From positions 127,556 to 191,555 of the forward strand of contig CAJXVM010000004.1 of the NCBI GenBank assembly GCA_913061095.1: a stretch of DNA of 64,000 bases, read 5' to 3'. The stretch comes from an uncultured Ignavibacteria bacterium (GTDB lineage Bacteria > Bacteroidota > Ignavibacteria > SZUA-365). Made by a program: the position numbers and the translations under genes. This document shows, in pieces, positions 26,638-37,661 of the stretch (positions are counted from its first letter, which is position 1; each line of letters starts with the position of its first letter). Under the pieces are notes generated by a model that was given only the letters and a program-made list of their open reading frames with translations, was not told the DNA's origin and made no database searches.

Positions 26638-27987
26638 CTATTTCACCATTCCGCTTTCCAGATTGATCGTCAGTGTGTTGTCGGCCGGCGGCGGATCGCT
26701 GAACAGCGCTTCGAGAGCGGATGCCATGAACAGCGAGTTGGCATCACCGGCCTGCTTCAGTGTCGTGATCACTCCCTGCGCCTCCGCCGTCATGGTCTCA
26801 TCGCCCCGGTAATGCGTGACGAATGCTTCCGTCATGACCGGAGCAAGCATCTGTGCCGTCTGTTCATCCACGCCGAACTGGGAGGTCAGGATATACGTGC
26901 TCAGCCCCAGCATCCCGCTCTCCAGGTAGCCATAGGCATAATCCTGAAACGCGTCACCACCGGTGTCATACTGAATGTTCTCGATCACCGCCGTCGTGAT
27001 ATCAAGCGTGCGGTCGCTGTTGAGGCGCATGATGCGATACGGACATGGCCATGTCAGCAGTGAACCTGTCTCAATATCGAAGAGAAAGCTTTCGGAGGTG
27101 CGCTTCTCGACAACATCATTTGAGTGGAAATGACCGGTCAGGACGATATGCATGCCGAGATCAGCGAATTCGCCGGAGAGCCGGGCCCAGTCGTCCACCA
27201 CGTAATCAGCGGAGATGGGGTTGAGTTTCTGTCCCTGGAAATGCTCGAGCAGTCCGTGATGCATGACACCGAAAACGGTTTTCTCCTGTGCCTGCGCCTC
27301 CTGCAGGCGCGCCTTGATCCATCCCTCGGTCGCGGCGGATAAGCGCCCTCCGGTGACGGCGTGTCCTTCTCCCTCATTTTCGCTGTACCGGCAGGCATCC
27401 ATTCCGAGAACCCAGATGCCGTCAACGGGTTCGGCAACATAACTCAATGAGGCCGGATCGCGGGCGATTGCCTCATCATAGCCGTACTCCGCATAGATCT
27501 GGGCGAATTCCTGCTCTGTCACGCTGGCGACGGGCAGTGCCTGATTCCCCTCGTACCTCACCGCATGCGGATTGCGCACGTCATGGTTGCCGGGGACGAC
27601 AAAGACCGCCTTGCCTGCCTGCTCGAGCTGTGCGCAGAATGCCGCGAAGCGCTCATGACTGCTGCGTTCACCATCCTTCGTCAAATCACCCGGGACGATG
27701 ACAATGTTGGCATCGGTGCTGAGTATTGCGCTGACAGCGGCCTCGGTCAGGGCATGACTTTCGGCGATGAGCTTGCGGTCCATCGCGATATATGACTCGA
27801 ACGCACTGCCGCTGCTGCCGAGAGTCGGATCGAAATAATGCGGATCCGAAAATACGGCGATGACGGCCGACGGATTCTGATCGACCGGTGCGGCGGGGTC
27901 GTCATCTTCGGAGCAGGCGGTGAAAAGGATCATTCCCGCTGTCATCAGCAGGAACATGCGGCGCAGATGATGTGAAGAGAAGGTCAT
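26638..27987 (-). CDS. Calcineurin-like metallophosphoesterase lipoprotein
   Basis: Signal plus lipobox LFTAC. IVPGDLTKDGE, GNHD and GHFH are metallophosphatase motifs. Confidence 0.7.
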   Translation of the reverse strand: MTFSSHHLRRMFLLMTAGMILFTACSEDDDPAAPVDQNPSAVIAVFSDPHYFDPTLGSSGSAFESYIAMDRKLIAESHALTEAAVSAILSTDANIVIVPGDLTKDGERSSHERFAAFCAQLEQAGKAVFVVPGNHDVRNPHAVRYEGNQALPVASVTEQEFAQIYAEYGYDEAIARDPASLSYVAEPVDGIWVLGMDACRYSENEGEGHAVTGGRLSAATEGWIKARLQEAQAQEKTVFGVMHHGLLEHFQGQKLNPISADYVVDDWARLSGEFADLGMHIVLTGHFHSNDVVEKRTSESFLFDIETGSLLTWPCPYRIMRLNSDRTLDITTAVIENIQYDTGGDAFQDYAYGYLESGMLGLSTYILTSQFGVDEQTAQMLAPVMTEAFVTHYRGDETMTAEAQGVITTLKQAGDANSLFMASALEALFSDPPPADNTLTINLESGMVK

Positions 27988-28093
27988 TGTGGTGGTATCC
28001 GGTTATCAATGGAACAGCTGTGTGGTGAAGGTGGTCAGTGGATGTGAGCGTCGTATGAGGAACATATATGAAAATCATATGCGTGCCCGGTCA

Positions 28094-30613
28094 TCAGCGG
28101 TGTGTCCCGATACGCAGTGCGCGTGCACGCAGCTGACGGACAAGGAGAAGAATCACCCAAATCATGCCGAACAGAAGCAGGATGCCGCCCCAGAGCTCCG
28201 GAGAAATGGAATCGATTTCGTAAAACAGAATAATCCAGCGGAACAGCGGGATGTCCGCAGGGAGGAGAGTGAGCAGGATATATGTCCCGAGAATACCGGT
28301 GATGATCCATCCGTGCAGACGGATGCGGGATGCGCTTCCCCGTGCGACAATCCAGGAGACAAGCAGAAGGGCACCCGTGATCAGCGTTGTCTGAACGGCA
28401 CCCGCATGGATGTCGAGTGGAGAGTGCATGGGCAGCATGCCCCCGGCGATCGTGAACAGCAAGACGCATGCGGCAGCCGTGCCGGAGAATACGGTCAGTC
28501 TGCGGAAGAAACCATCCAGCGAGGCCGGACTGCCGCCGAGAGTGGAAATGACGTACGACGGAATGGCGACGGCCAGTGCCGATATCATCGCTTCTCGCCG
28601 TGGTGTCAGAAAAAACGACAGCATTCCTGCGGATGCCAGAATACCGAGCATCAGAACGACCGCGTTCTTCGTCAGATACAGTCTTGCGATGGAGAGCGTC
28701 GTTCCCATGACCTGCCGTCCCTGCTCGATTGCATCCGCAAGAACGTCAAGGCGGTTGCCAAGCAGCACCATGTCCGCCGCGCCGCGTGCGACACCGCTGC
28801 CGCCCTCCATGGCCACGCTGACGTCCGCCTCCTTCAGGGCCGGGACGTCGTTGACGCCGTCACCGATCATGGCGGTGCGCTCGCGGCTCTGTCGCAGCAG
28901 ACGAACGATGCGCTGCTTGTGCTCGGGGCGCAGGCGCGTGAACACATCCCGCTCAAGGAGCAGCGGACGCAGGCGATCGTCCGGCATCGTGTCCAGGTCG
29001 TCTCCGGATACACCGGTGCGCAGTCTCTCTTCCAGTCGCAGCGCACGCAGGGCGGCCGTCGTGGCCCGCTCGGAATCGCCCGTCAGAATCTTTACGCGCA
29101 CTCCCCTCCGGAGGAAGACATCGATGCCGGCAGATGCGTCGGACCGCATCGTGTCTGCCAGCGCCGCCAGGCCGATGGGACGCACGCGGCAGGACGACGA
29201 TTCCCCGGTGATATCATCGATCGCTGCCGCACTTTCCACGAGCAGCAACTGACGGTACGGTCCCAGCTCTTCACTCTGCATCAGGGCCGCAACGCGCTTC
29301 CGCGCATCCGTGCTCATCATGCGCATCAGTACCTCCGGGGCACCGAGCAGCAGGGTGCGGAACGCCCCGTCACACCGCACCATCACCGCACCATATTTCC
29401 GTGCAGAGCTGAACGGCAGCACCTCTGTGCAGATGGTCGCATCCGTGTTGCCGCCGAGTTCACGCAGTGCCGCAATGGTCGCGTTGCTGTCCGATGTCGC
29501 ATGTGCGTAGGCGGTAAACAGCTGCCGGATATCCGCATCCTGACAGTGATCCTCACAGGGAACGATTCGTGCGACACTGAACCGATCCTCGGTCAGTGTC
29601 CCGGTTTTATCCAGGCAGACCGTTGAAACGTTTGACAGCGCTTCGACCGTATTCAGCTTTCGGATCACAGCTCCCCGACGGCTCATTCTGTACATGGCCA
29701 TCGCCTGTGTGACGGAAAAGAAGAATACAAGTCCCTGAGGAATAAGTGCCAGGACAAGCGTTGCCATGGAGCGTAGTGCACCGACATCGCTCAGTTCCGC
29801 GTGCATGCCGACAAGGAGCTGTACGGCCACGAGGAGCAGTGCGCTGACAAACATGGCACTCACGAGGATATCAATCCGTCGCTGCAGCGGAGAGGCGCGA
29901 AGCTGGAATTTCCGTGCGGTATTGACCACACGGGCGGCGTGCCGGTTCTCACCGACGTGATGCACCGTCATCATGCCGCTGCCGCTGACGCAGAAGCTTC
30001 CGGAATGAACCGGATCTCCGCTGCGTTTGCGCACGGGGACCGATTCGCCCGTTAGCAGCGCCTCGTCAATTTCGAGACCGGTCGTCTTCAGGATGACTCC
30101 GTCAGCATGCAGCTGATCACCGTGTTCAATAACCACGGTGTCTCCGCGCACGATGTCGTCAGACGGAATCGTGCGGCGGATCCCGTCACGAATGACCGTT
30201 GCGGTGGCGGGAGCGAGCATATGGACGCGTTCCAGCGCCCGACGGGCCCGGATCTCCTGAACAACGGCAATACCGGTGTTGAACAGGGCCACAGTCACGA
30301 TCCCGACACAATCGAGCAGCAGACGCTCATCACCGGTTCGCAGGTAAAACCAGCCGAGCACGACGACAATGCCGGCGACGAGAACATTGAAGACCGAGAA
30401 GATGTGTTCCGCCATGATGCGGGGGAGCGGAATCCGTTGACGGATCCCTCCGCGGTTCGAAGCACCCTCGAGCATACGCGCCTTCGCTTCGGCGCTGCTG
30501 ATGCCGAAGGGTATGGCCACGTGGTCTGGAGACGCGCTCTCACCTGTACTCATGCGTGTACGGACATCTTGCATGCACAAAAGTACGATGCCTCTCGCAC
30601 GGTTTTCCAGCAT
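28094..30613 (-). CDS. Cation-translocating P-type ATPase (P2/P3-like)
   Basis: DKTGTLT phosphorylation motif, TGES, and GDGVNDVPALKEADVSVAM. Multiple TM segments. The start is uncertain; an alternative ATG is at 30553. Confidence 0.8.
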   Translation of the reverse strand: MLENRARGIVLLCMQDVRTRMSTGESASPDHVAIPFGISSAEAKARMLEGASNRGGIRQRIPLPRIMAEHIFSVFNVLVAGIVVVLGWFYLRTGDERLLLDCVGIVTVALFNTGIAVVQEIRARRALERVHMLAPATATVIRDGIRRTIPSDDIVRGDTVVIEHGDQLHADGVILKTTGLEIDEALLTGESVPVRKRSGDPVHSGSFCVSGSGMMTVHHVGENRHAARVVNTARKFQLRASPLQRRIDILVSAMFVSALLLVAVQLLVGMHAELSDVGALRSMATLVLALIPQGLVFFFSVTQAMAMYRMSRRGAVIRKLNTVEALSNVSTVCLDKTGTLTEDRFSVARIVPCEDHCQDADIRQLFTAYAHATSDSNATIAALRELGGNTDATICTEVLPFSSARKYGAVMVRCDGAFRTLLLGAPEVLMRMMSTDARKRVAALMQSEELGPYRQLLLVESAAAIDDITGESSSCRVRPIGLAALADTMRSDASAGIDVFLRRGVRVKILTGDSERATTAALRALRLEERLRTGVSGDDLDTMPDDRLRPLLLERDVFTRLRPEHKQRIVRLLRQSRERTAMIGDGVNDVPALKEADVSVAMEGGSGVARGAADMVLLGNRLDVLADAIEQGRQVMGTTLSIARLYLTKNAVVLMLGILASAGMLSFFLTPRREAMISALAVAIPSYVISTLGGSPASLDGFFRRLTVFSGTAAACVLLFTIAGGMLPMHSPLDIHAGAVQTTLITGALLLVSWIVARGSASRIRLHGWIITGILGTYILLTLLPADIPLFRWIILFYEIDSISPELWGGILLLFGMIWVILLLVRQLRARALRIGTHR

Positions 30614-30676
30614 CGGGGAAAAGCGAACACAATTCTAAAATTCCCTGAACACGAGTGAATCCGTGATGCCATATGT

Positions 30677-31348
30677 TTGGAAGGAAACAGCGTTGGCACC
30701 ATGACCATACTGCTCCATATTGTCGCCGGGATTTTTCTGTTCATCGTCCTCTTTCGGACTGGACGTTTCCTGACGACTCCCCTCCTGCGCAGGATCGGGT
30801 TCTATAAATATTATGCTCCACTGTTCCTGACCATGCCGGCGTTCCCGCATTTTCGCACACGTGAGATTCATCTCGGCACCAGCTTCGATTTCGTGAAAAA
30901 CGGTGCGCTGCATCCGCACGAAACGATGTGGCATATGGCCGAGGGGCTCGTGCATCTCGGGGAGGCGGTACGCCGGGGAGAGATACCGCGTGACATGATT
31001 TTCGAAGGAACGACGCATTACCTGACCGAACAGACGCTCGATCGATTCGGCTTCACAGTGCATCAGCTCACTGTGTTTCAGCGCATGCTGTTTGTGCTCA
31101 ATATTCCCGAACTCGTGATGTTGCAGTCCATCGCCCGACGCCGCCCCACCCTCATCCACATGAGACAGGCGCGTCGTATCACCATTGAAGCGGAAACACT
31201 TCTCCGGCATATGGAGGAATATGAAAAATGGCGGACGATATTCGCTCAGCGCACCAAAGCCTCACGGCAGCCGGTGCGACGGTCTGCCGGAAGGGGGGTG
31301 CACGCACTGCCAGCAGGTTCCGATCTGAGGATGAATGCGATGAAGTAA
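30677..31348 (+). CDS. Hypothetical protein with N-terminal TM helix
   Basis: Codon usage looks coding-like. A hairpin terminator sits immediately 3'. The opposite-strand ORF 30635..31210 was judged to be a shadow. Confidence 0.35.
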   Translation: MEGNSVGTMTILLHIVAGIFLFIVLFRTGRFLTTPLLRRIGFYKYYAPLFLTMPAFPHFRTREIHLGTSFDFVKNGALHPHETMWHMAEGLVHLGEAVRRGEIPRDMIFEGTTHYLTEQTLDRFGFTVHQLTVFQRMLFVLNIPELVMLQSIARRRPTLIHMRQARRITIEAETLLRHMEEYEKWRTIFAQRTKASRQPVRRSAGRGVHALPAGSDLRMNAMK

Positions 31349-31353
31349 ATAGA

Positions 31354-31376
31354 AAGGGCCGCTCAGCGCGGCCCTT
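31354..31376. terminator. Bidirectional hairpin terminator (AAGGGCCGC-tcagc-GCGGCCCTT)
   Basis: Read directly. It lies between convergent genes, with a T-rich tract on the gcvP side. Confidence 0.5.
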
Positions 31377-31398
31377 GCTCGTTGCAGCGGTGCAGGTC

Positions 31399-34284
31399 TC
31401 AGGAGTTTTCGTCGGAGTACGCCTCGATCGGTGGACAGGAACACATGATGTGCCGGTCGCCGTAGGAATTGTCCACGCGCGCTACCGGCGACCAGAATTT
31501 CCGCTCCTTGACGAAGGGAAGAGGATACACGGCCTTGAAACGCGTGTACGGATGCTCCCACGCCTCGTTCATTGCTTCCGCCGCCGTGTGCGGGGCATTT
31601 CTGAGCACATTGTCCTCGGCATCCGCCGTGCCGTCGATCACTTCCTGGATCTCCCGCCGGATCTCGATCAGCGCGTCGGCGAGGCGGTCGAGTTCGGCCT
31701 TGGACTCACTCTCCGTCGGCTCGACCATCAGCGTTCCCGCAACGGGGAAGGCCAGCGTCGGCGCATGGAAGCCGTAATCGACCAACCGCTTGGCGATATC
31801 TTCCGCCTCGATGTGATACTCCTTGAAGGGACGCAGGTCGATGATGAATTCATGCGCCACGCGCCCGTTCTTTCCCGCATACAGCACCCTGTAGTGCTTC
31901 TCGAGGCGAGCTTTCAGGTAGTTGGCGTTCAGGATGGCGAACTTCGTCGCCTCCGTCAGGCCGGGACCGCCGAGCATGCGAATGTACCCGTACGAAATCG
32001 GAAGAATGCTCGCGCTGCCCCATGCCGCGGCGGATACGGCGCGGATGGCTTTCTCGCTCTGTGAACCCGAAATCGGATGTCCCGGAAGGAAAGGAACGAG
32101 ATGCTCCGCGACGGAAATCGGTCCCATGCCCGGACCGCCGCCGCCGTGAGGGATCGCGAAGGTCTTGTGCAGGTTGAGATGGCACACGTCAGCACCGATC
32201 AGTCCGGGACTCGTCAGTCCCAGCTGTGCATTCAGATTCGCGCCGTCCATGTACACCTGCCCGCCGTTGTCATGGATGATCTGGCAGATCTCCTTGATAC
32301 GCGTCTCGAACACACCGTGTGTGGACGGATAGGTGACCATCAGCGCCGACAGACGGTCGCGGTATTTCTCCGATTTTTCGCGCAGGTCGTCGACGTCGAT
32401 GTTGCCGCCGTCGTCACAGGCGACGATGACGACCTCGGAGCCTGCCATGACGGCGCTCGCGGGATTGGTACCGTGCGCGGACGAAGGGATCAGCACGACG
32501 TTGCGCTGCGCATCGCCGTTCGCGTGATGATATGCGCGGATGACCATCAGTCCCGTGTATTCACCCTGCGCGCCGGAATTCGGCTGCAGCGAGGTGGCCG
32601 CGAAACCGGTCACGACGGAGAGTTGCTTCTCCAGCTCATCGAACAGCTGTCGATAGCCCTGCGCCTGGTCTTCCGGTACGAAGGGGTGCAGGGAGGAAAA
32701 TTCCGGCCAGGTGATCGGCAGCAGCTCGGTGGCGGCGTTGAGCTTCATCGTGCAGGAGCCGAGCGAAATCATCGAGTGTACAAGCGAGATGTCCTTGTTC
32801 TCGAGCGACTTGATGTAGCGCATCATCTCCGTTTCGGAGTGATTCATGTTGAAGACGGGATGCGTCAGAAAATCGCCTGTGCGTGTCAGCGCCTCGGGGA
32901 AACCAAGATCGAGCCCGTCGAACAGCGTATCATCGATGGTGATCTCGCGTTTCGCTGTTTCGGCGAACACGCGCAGGATGGCGGCGAGGTCGTCTTCGTC
33001 CGTCGTCTCGTCGAGGGCGATGCCGACACGGTTATCTCCCGCGTAGCGGAAATTGATGCGCGCATGTTCCGCCGCGGCGCGCACGGCACTGACATCCGCT
33101 TCCACGAGCAGCGTGTCGAAGTACACGTCGTTCAGCTGGGAGTACCCGAGATCACGCAGGCCTTTATCAAGCGCCACGGCCGCCTTGTGCACATTCGATG
33201 CGATGCGGCGGAGGCCGTCGGGACCGTGATAGACAGCGTACATGCCGGCCATGACGGCGAGCAGCGCCTGAGCCGTGCAGATATTCGACGTGGCCTTCTC
33301 GCGGCGGATGTGCTGTTCGCGTGTCTGCAGCGTCATGCGGCAGGCATTGTTCCCGTGACGATCGACCGATACGCCAATGATCCGTCCGGGCACCTGACGG
33401 ATATACTTCTGCTGCGTGGCGAAAAACGCCGCGTGCGGACCGCCGTAGCCCATGGGCACGCCGAAACGCTGGGAATTCCCCACGACGATGTCCGCGCCGA
33501 GTTCCCCGGGAGGCGTCAGCATCGTCAGCGCCAGCAGGTCGGTCGCGAACACGACCATCAGTCCCTCCGCGTGTGCCCGCTCGACAAATGCGCGATAGTC
33601 TTGAACCGCGCCGTCAATGTCGGGATACTGCACGATCGCGCCGAAGTACGAGTCATCGAGTTCCGCCGTGCGGTAATCCCCCACGACCAGTTCATACCCG
33701 AGCGGTTCCGCGCGCATGCGCAGCACGTCAATGCTCTGCGGGAAGAGTGTCTCGGAGACAAAGAATTTGATGCTGTGCTTGCGCTTCGCGCTGCGCTGCA
33801 CGATGCCGTGCGCCATGATCATGGCTTCCGCCGCGGCCGTGCCCTCATCGAGCAGCGATGCGTTGGCAATTTCCATGGCCGTCAGGTCGCTGACCATGGT
33901 CTGGAAATTGAGCATGGCCTCGAGGCGTCCCTGGGCCACCTCCGCCTGGTAGGGGGTGTAGGATGTGTACCAGCCTGGATTCTCAAGGATGTTGCGGCGG
34001 ATTACACTCGGGGTGCGCGTGCCGTAATACCCCAGTCCGATGTGGGATTGCCAGAGTTCATTGCGGGAGGCAAGCGCGGCGAGTTCCTTCAGGTAGCGAT
34101 GTTCACCGATCCCGTCGGGAAGGGCGAGTGTGCCTTCGGCACGGATGTTTTCCGGGATGGTCTGATCGATCAGTGCGTCGAGCGACGCAATGCCAAGTGT
34201 CTGGAGCATGTCCTGCTCCTCGGCAATACTCGGACCGATGTGGCGTGTTTCAAAAGAAGTCTCGGGAAGATGTGTGTGTTTCAT
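31399..34284 (-). CDS. gcvP: Glycine dehydrogenase (decarboxylating), single-chain P-protein
   Basis: 961 aa, and the conserved N-terminal FETRHIGPS matches the full-length GcvP. The PLP lysine lies in the ...[18 protein letters not shown]... region. Confidence 0.9.
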   Translation of the reverse strand: MKHTHLPETSFETRHIGPSIAEEQDMLQTLGIASLDALIDQTIPENIRAEGTLALPDGIGEHRYLKELAALASRNELWQSHIGLGYYGTRTPSVIRRNILENPGWYTSYTPYQAEVAQGRLEAMLNFQTMVSDLTAMEIANASLLDEGTAAAEAMIMAHGIVQRSAKRKHSIKFFVSETLFPQSIDVLRMRAEPLGYELVVGDYRTAELDDSYFGAIVQYPDIDGAVQDYRAFVERAHAEGLMVVFATDLLALTMLTPPGELGADIVVGNSQRFGVPMGYGGPHAAFFATQQKYIRQVPGRIIGVSVDRHGNNACRMTLQTREQHIRREKATSNICTAQALLAVMAGMYAVYHGPDGLRRIASNVHKAAVALDKGLRDLGYSQLNDVYFDTLLVEADVSAVRAAAEHARINFRYAGDNRVGIALDETTDEDDLAAILRVFAETAKREITIDDTLFDGLDLGFPEALTRTGDFLTHPVFNMNHSETEMMRYIKSLENKDISLVHSMISLGSCTMKLNAATELLPITWPEFSSLHPFVPEDQAQGYRQLFDELEKQLSVVTGFAATSLQPNSGAQGEYTGLMVIRAYHHANGDAQRNVVLIPSSAHGTNPASAVMAGSEVVIVACDDGGNIDVDDLREKSEKYRDRLSALMVTYPSTHGVFETRIKEICQIIHDNGGQVYMDGANLNAQLGLTSPGLIGADVCHLNLHKTFAIPHGGGGPGMGPISVAEHLVPFLPGHPISGSQSEKAIRAVSAAAWGSASILPISYGYIRMLGGPGLTEATKFAILNANYLKARLEKHYRVLYAGKNGRVAHEFIIDLRPFKEYHIEAEDIAKRLVDYGFHAPTLAFPVAGTLMVEPTESESKAELDRLADALIEIRREIQEVIDGTADAEDNVLRNAPHTAAEAMNEAWEHPYTRFKAVYPLPFVKERKFWSPVARVDNSYGDRHIMCSCPPIEAYSDENS

Positions 34285-34392
34285 GGTGTGGACCGATTAT
34301 CGTGAGATTTCGGATAACGGATGGAATTCTATGTTCGGAAGGCAATCCGGGATCCCCGCAGGGGGATGGACGGCTCCGGGGCACGGGGCGCC

Positions 34393-35226
34393 TCAGTCTG
34401 TCTGCGGGCTCTGCCGCTCATCCCGGGATCGCAGATATTCCAACGCCTGCGATGCCGCCTTCTGTTCCGCGGTCTTTTTATTTCCCCCTGTCCCTGTCCC
34501 GGCGGGCACACCGCCGACCTGTACTTCGACGGTGAAGAGCGGGTTGTGATCGGGACCGGCTTCGTCGATCGTTACATAACGCGGTGTCCCGAGCCCCTTC
34601 CCCTGTGCGAACTCAAGCAGGAGGCTCTTGTAGTTCTCATCCCGGCTCATCAGTGACGCGCCGAGAGTCTTGAGCAGATGCCGGGAGATGAACCCCCGCG
34701 CTGCGTCGTAGCCACCGTCAAGATAGATGGCGGCTACGAAAGCCTCCACCGCATCGACGAGAATGGATTCACTGCCGTCCTTGATGGACTGATGGGCGCT
34801 CGGACTGAGCAGCAGGAAATCGACCAGTTCGAGCCGGCGGGCGCATTCCCCGAGGGCTGCCCGGCTCACCAGGCGGGAACGCACTTTCGAAAGCTCCCCC
34901 TCCTCCGCATCCGGGAAGCTGTGATAGAGATACTCCGCGACGATGAGGTTGAGCACGGAATCTCCCAGGAATTCCATGCGTTCGTTCGACTGCACCTGTC
35001 CCGGCGGACAGAGCTGCAGATAGGATCGGTGAATCACCGCCTGGAGAAAATACTCATCGTTCCGAACCGCGTATTGGGTGCGCCGGGTAAATTCTTCCCG
35101 GTCGAAGGTCGCGAACGCGGAAAGCACCAACCGTTCCTCTTCCTGATCCTGCTCAGGAAGAGAAACAGCGGTGTGCTTTTTCTGAATGCTCTGCGTCCCG
35201 AAAACGGAACGAAGAAATCGGAACAT
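34393..35226 (-). CDS. rnc: Ribonuclease III
   Basis: ERMEFLGDSVLNL RNase III signature plus a C-terminal dsRBD. The N-terminus may be shorter than annotated. Confidence 0.85.
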   Translation of the reverse strand: MFRFLRSVFGTQSIQKKHTAVSLPEQDQEEERLVLSAFATFDREEFTRRTQYAVRNDEYFLQAVIHRSYLQLCPPGQVQSNERMEFLGDSVLNLIVAEYLYHSFPDAEEGELSKVRSRLVSRAALGECARRLELVDFLLLSPSAHQSIKDGSESILVDAVEAFVAAIYLDGGYDAARGFISRHLLKTLGASLMSRDENYKSLLLEFAQGKGLGTPRYVTIDEAGPDHNPLFTVEVQVGGVPAGTGTGGNKKTAEQKAASQALEYLRSRDERQSPQTD

Positions 35227-35244
35227 AGGATATGTTGCAGAACA

Positions 35245-36495
35245 TCAATCGCCTGAGAATCGGCGGAAGACCAGGGAAACGTTGTGTCCGCCAAACCCGA
35301 GGGAATTGGAGAGGACGACGTCGACCTGGTGATCGATCGCGTGGTTGGGCACGTAATCGAGATCACACTCGGGATCAGGCGTGGTGTAGTTGATGGTCGG
35401 GTGAATTTTGTTTGTATGAATCATCAAGACCGATGCCATGGCCTCGACGGCGCCGGCGGCACCGAGAAGATGCCCGGTCATGGATTTCGTTGAATTGATC
35501 TTCAGCTTCTGTGCGGCCTCGCCGAAAACGGTCTTGATGGCGGCCGTCTCCGTGCGGTCGTTGTAAAGCGTGGATGTTCCGTGTGCGTTGATCACGTCCA
35601 CATCCGCCGGCGACAGCTCCGCGTCGCGCAGCGACTGCTTCATCGAGCGAACGATGCCTTCCCCTCCGGGAGCGGGCTCGGTGATATGGTACGCATCGGC
35701 GGTGAAGCTCATGCCGGTGAATTCCGCATAGATCGTCGCACCGCGCCTGCGTGCGTGTTCGAGTTCCTCGAGCACCAGCACGGCGCCGCCGTCTCCCATG
35801 ACGAATCCGTCACGGTCCTTGTCGAAGGGACGGCTTGCAGTTTTCGGATCATCGTTGCGTGTGGAAAGCGCGCGCGCGGAATTGAATCCCGCGACGCCCA
35901 TCGGACAGATGGCTGCCTCGGCACCGCCGGCGAGCATGACGTCAGCGTCGCCCCGTTCAATCAGCATCAGGGCATCACCGAGCGCATGCGCCGATGTGGC
36001 GCATGCCGACGTGGTCGCGTAATTCGGTCCCTTGAAACCATGCATGATGGAAACATGGCCTGCGGCGATGTCGGAAATGAGCATGGGGACGAAGAAGGGA
36101 CTGATGCGGCGAGGATTATTCTCCTCGACGAGAACATTCTGTTGTTCCCAGTTTGTCCACATCCCGCCGATGCCCGACCCGATAATAACGCCGATGCGAT
36201 CGTAATCCATGCCGTCCGGGTTCAGGCCGGCATCGTTCACTGCCATATTGGCGGCTGCGACGGCGTAATGTGTGAACTTGTCCATCCGCCGTGCCGCTTT
36301 GCGGTCCATGAAGTCCTGAGCGTCGAACCCTTTCACTTCGGCCGCGAACCGGGTCTTGTACTCGGATGTGTCAAACGCGGTGATGAAATCGACGCCGCTG
36401 ACCCCGGCGAGCGCGTTGTTCCAGAATTCCTGCACGGACAATCCGATCGGATTGACCGTGCCCAGACCGGTCACGACGACTCGTCGTTTTTTCAT
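35245..36495 (-). CDS. fabF: Beta-ketoacyl-ACP synthase II
   Basis: VVVTGLGTVNPIG, active-site C in ATTSACATS, and the HGTST/GH triad motifs. Confidence 0.9.
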   Translation of the reverse strand: MKKRRVVVTGLGTVNPIGLSVQEFWNNALAGVSGVDFITAFDTSEYKTRFAAEVKGFDAQDFMDRKAARRMDKFTHYAVAAANMAVNDAGLNPDGMDYDRIGVIIGSGIGGMWTNWEQQNVLVEENNPRRISPFFVPMLISDIAAGHVSIMHGFKGPNYATTSACATSAHALGDALMLIERGDADVMLAGGAEAAICPMGVAGFNSARALSTRNDDPKTASRPFDKDRDGFVMGDGGAVLVLEELEHARRRGATIYAEFTGMSFTADAYHITEPAPGGEGIVRSMKQSLRDAELSPADVDVINAHGTSTLYNDRTETAAIKTVFGEAAQKLKINSTKSMTGHLLGAAGAVEAMASVLMIHTNKIHPTINYTTPDPECDLDYVPNHAIDHQVDVVLSNSLGFGGHNVSLVFRRFSGD

Positions 36496-36569
36496 GTCGT
36501 ACCTCCAGAATGGATTCCCGCCCCCGAAAGGACGGGATAATAAACAGTCACTTGAGCAAGCGTGTCCGC

Positions 36570-36812
36570 TTACTTGTTGAGATTTTCGGTGATGTACTTG
36601 ACGGCATCGCCGACGGTCGTGATCTTTTCCGCATCCTCATCCGCGATGGTCAGGTCGAATTCCTTTTCGAACTCCATCACGAGCTCAACGGTGTCGAGCG
36701 AATCGGCGCCGAGATCGTTGGTGAAGGAAGCCGTATCGGTGATCTGGCTCTCTTCGACGCCGAGCTTGTTGACAATGATCTGCTTGACTTTCTGGGTAAT
36801 GTCTTCGGACAT
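36570..36812 (-). CDS. acpP: Acyl carrier protein
   Basis: 80 aa with the [13 protein letters not shown] phosphopantetheine site. Confidence 0.95.
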   Translation of the reverse strand: MSEDITQKVKQIIVNKLGVEESQITDTASFTNDLGADSLDTVELVMEFEKEFDLTIADEDAEKITTVGDAVKYITENLNK

Positions 36813-36869
36813 GAGATCCTCCAGTGAAAAATGAGTAGTTGATGTATGAAGTGATTCACAAAAAAGAAC

Positions 36870-37616
36870 TTACATGATCATGCCGCCGTCGACATTGAGA
36901 ACCTGACCGGTAATATAATCAGATTTTGCCGAAGCGAGGAAAACAACGGCGTCGGCGATTTCCGCCGGCGTGCAGCCGCGTTTGAGAGGGATGACAGAGA
37001 GGAACGCTTCGCGCTGCTCATCCGAAAGCACATGCGTCATTTCGGTTTCCACGTACCCCGGCGCCACGGCATTGACCGTCACGCTGCGGCCAGCGAGCTC
37101 CTTGGCGACGGATTTGGTCAGACCGATCATGCCGGCCTTTGAGGCGGCGTAATTCGCCTGTCCCGCGTTGCCCATCACACCGACGACGGAGCTGATGTTG
37201 ACGATTTTTCCCTTCCGCTGCCGCACCATGGTCTTCGCGACCGCGCGCGTCATCAGAAACGCACCCTTGAGATTGACCGTCATGACGGCATCCCAGTCCT
37301 CGGGCGTCATGCGCAGCAGCAGCTTGTCGCGGGTGATTCCTGCGTTGTTGACGAGAATGTTGATCGCGCCGAATTCCTTGGCGACCACCGCACACTGTTC
37401 CTCCACTGCCTGCTCGTCAGTGATGTCGACGGTGTAGGAGGAGATGTTCGTCCCCGCACTGCGCAGTCCCTCCTCGAAGGATGTGTAATCATCCGGGAAC
37501 GCCACGTCGAATACGGCGATGGAGGCGCCTTCCTCGGCGAACTGCTGCACGATGGCGCGACCGATGCCCCGGGCACCGCCGGTGACGATCGCGACCTGTT
37601 CTTTCAGCTGACTCAT
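36870..37616 (-). CDS. fabG: 3-oxoacyl-ACP reductase
   Basis: TGGARGIG, NNAGI and the YAASKAG catalytic motif. Confidence 0.9.
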   Translation of the reverse strand: MSQLKEQVAIVTGGARGIGRAIVQQFAEEGASIAVFDVAFPDDYTSFEEGLRSAGTNISSYTVDITDEQAVEEQCAVVAKEFGAINILVNNAGITRDKLLLRMTPEDWDAVMTVNLKGAFLMTRAVAKTMVRQRKGKIVNISSVVGVMGNAGQANYAASKAGMIGLTKSVAKELAGRSVTVNAVAPGYVETEMTHVLSDEQREAFLSVIPLKRGCTPAEIADAVVFLASAKSDYITGQVLNVDGGMIM

Positions 37617-37661
37617 ACTGTTTCTATGGTTGAATGGGACAACACGTGATTCCTGCAGATG

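Noticed and set aside
27989-29626. 545-aa plus-strand ORF opposite the P-type ATPase
   Set aside because: The ATPase frame has DKTGTLT and GDGVNDVPALKEADV motifs. The plus frame is a shadow.
30635-31210. 191-aa minus-strand ORF overlapping the plus-strand hypothetical
   Set aside because: The plus-strand frame has a TM helix, better codon periodicity and a 3' terminator. The minus frame is His/Glu-rich low complexity. Either could be wrong, so confidence is low.
32077-34305. 742-aa plus-strand ORF antisense to gcvP
   Set aside because: gcvP is unambiguous on the minus strand.
35581-36540. 319-aa plus-strand ORF antisense to fabF
   Set aside because: FabF motifs are on the minus strand.
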